In this document: positions 62,350 to 64,000 of the stretch, piece after piece | Position numbering within the stretch: position 1 is the first letter of the stretch | Layout: the number at the start of each line of letters is the position of its first letter | Assembly (NCBI GenBank): GCA_002633005.1 | Contig: NMRA01000890.1 | Span: 25,742-89,741, forward strand | Length of the DNA: 64,000 bases | Direction: 5' to 3' | Source of the DNA: Phoronis australis | Lineage: Eukaryota; Animalia; Phoronida | Translations under genes and position numbers: made by a program | Notes under the pieces: model-generated | Databases searched by the model: none | What the model was told of the DNA's origin: nothing | Seen by the model: the letters and a program-made list of their open reading frames with translations, nothing else

Positions 62350-64000
62350 GTTAAATGGATATATCTATCCATTTACATTGTATCAAATGTATTATCATTA
62401 GCTTGCCCTAGACGTTTGTCACTTGACTTGCCGAATTTAACGCTCTTTCTAATCCCGACTAACAATTGTACTCACATACTAACTGGGGCCCTAACATGTG
62501 ACACGTTTTATGGACTACGGATCCTAATGTATCTGCCTTGGTTTTTGTGTCCCGGTGTTTTGTGCAATAGGGCAGACGCTAAGCCGACGAGTGTGCAGGT
62601 TTTAGCAACACTTGCCATTTAGTCTAAAATGACATTTGGCAGGTGCTTTTCGATCTTGATTTAGGGCATAAATTCAACAAGTAATAAAGTAACGGGTTAT
62701 TTTTATGCATTCTCCTTAGTTGCATTGGATTCTGGTCGTTGTCAGATAAAGCAATGCCCCCTGGAATTTTGGAATGCTAGCTCACATCTTGAAAATGCGC
62801 CTTTATTTTTCGAGATTTCGGCTTGGGTACCGGCATGTTAATTTTCTTGGCTCATCGAGCACTGACCAATGACACATAGAACTCGATGTGAAAGTAGCCA
62901 TTGTCCCCCGGGAAAAATTGTACGGCTTGCGTGTATTTGAATGAAGCACCCGCTAATCCACTGATTAACGTGCCAGTACACCGACATTTAAATACATGCA
63001 GCCAGAACATTCTCTGCAGGGGGACAATCACAGCTACCACACCAGGACACATAGAACTCCGTCCGATGCAATGAAAACTGGTCATACCGAAGCCGGGACA
63101 CGTACATGTTCATGTGTAGAATCCCGATATGAATAAAACGGGAACACATCAGGATGACCCCCAACATATGGATCAGAACAATGGTTCCCGTGATCGATAA
63201 CTGCTTTGGTAGATTGTTCAATTAATCTCGAAGTGTCAACTTGAAAACAATAGTTGATTTGCCGATTGTCTGTAAATTTCATTACTGCACGTTTTTGTCT
63301 ATTTGCACGCCATACCCATACATAAACGACAAGCTACTGTACGACCCTCGGATAACCAAGACGGAAGAAAGGTGGAAGACGAAAATTAAGAAGATAATCT
63401 AACATGGGCTGTATGTAACCTAACGTTGGTTGCGTGTCATACTGTATTAGTATAAATAGGGTACAGCTCGACACTCCAAAGTTTCACAAGTTCTAACTCT
63501 CATAATACTACAAATGAATAAAAAGGCATTATAAGGCCGAAGTGTCACAAATCCGACAGAAAGAAAAAAAAATAGTTAGTTCGAAACTAGACCGAAGGTC
63601 TACGATGCCAGAAACCAGATATTCAAAGTCAACGACAGCCAAGCAGCAAAATTTTGGGGACGATTAACCATACTTGGACCATGTAAATAACTACAGCAAC
63701 TCAGTGAATCGCCCAACTTCATGTTTGGATCCCGTTTTGAGAGGCACAGGCTCTTCGAAGAACTAGTTTCAAGCAGCCGTGTGCAAATAAATCCCTGAAC
63801 GTTTTGCTCAAAATCACTGTTCGCAACCTAATGTCATGAAAGTTCAAACTTATAACCTTCGGTGGGTTTTCGTAATTGTGTTGATAAGTCTTCAGATTTA
63901 TGGATTTTTAGATTTACAAACTTTGCGACCCATGAATACCTTAATTTTATATAAACTCTGTACACATTTCTTTCTCACTTGAAGTTTTCAATTCAGGTCA

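Overview
Intron-rich, transposon-dense animal genomic DNA. It is probably from a lophotrochozoan (mollusc-like) draft assembly, an inference from repeat types and the TACATGTA excess, and it has several single-N joins flanked by duplicated sequence. Two spliced genes can be reconstructed by hand. The first is an intact 8-exon TRMT1L-like tRNA methyltransferase (+, 4356-16330). The second is an astacin metalloprotease with EGF and CUB modules (SpAN/BP10-like; -, about 26731-40997), whose 5' and 3' ends are unresolved. The rest is mobile DNA: three Kolobok-type TTAA elements with THAP and KolX-like remnants, a 2.9 kb TAG-ended element with a 7-bp target-site duplication (TSD) and spliced-looking cargo, Harbinger-, MuDR- and hAT-type MITEs, a hAT transposase pseudogene, a Penelope GIY-YIG fragment with a degenerate hammerhead, LINE remnants and Helentron-like arrays. 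There are also local re-duplications of 1-1370 and of TRMT1L exon 7. The most striking unexplained pattern is frequent TA>TACATGTA and TA>TACTGTA micro-insertions that differ between paralogous or allelic copies and resemble transposon excision footprints. All coordinates and counts were read by eye; no searches were run.
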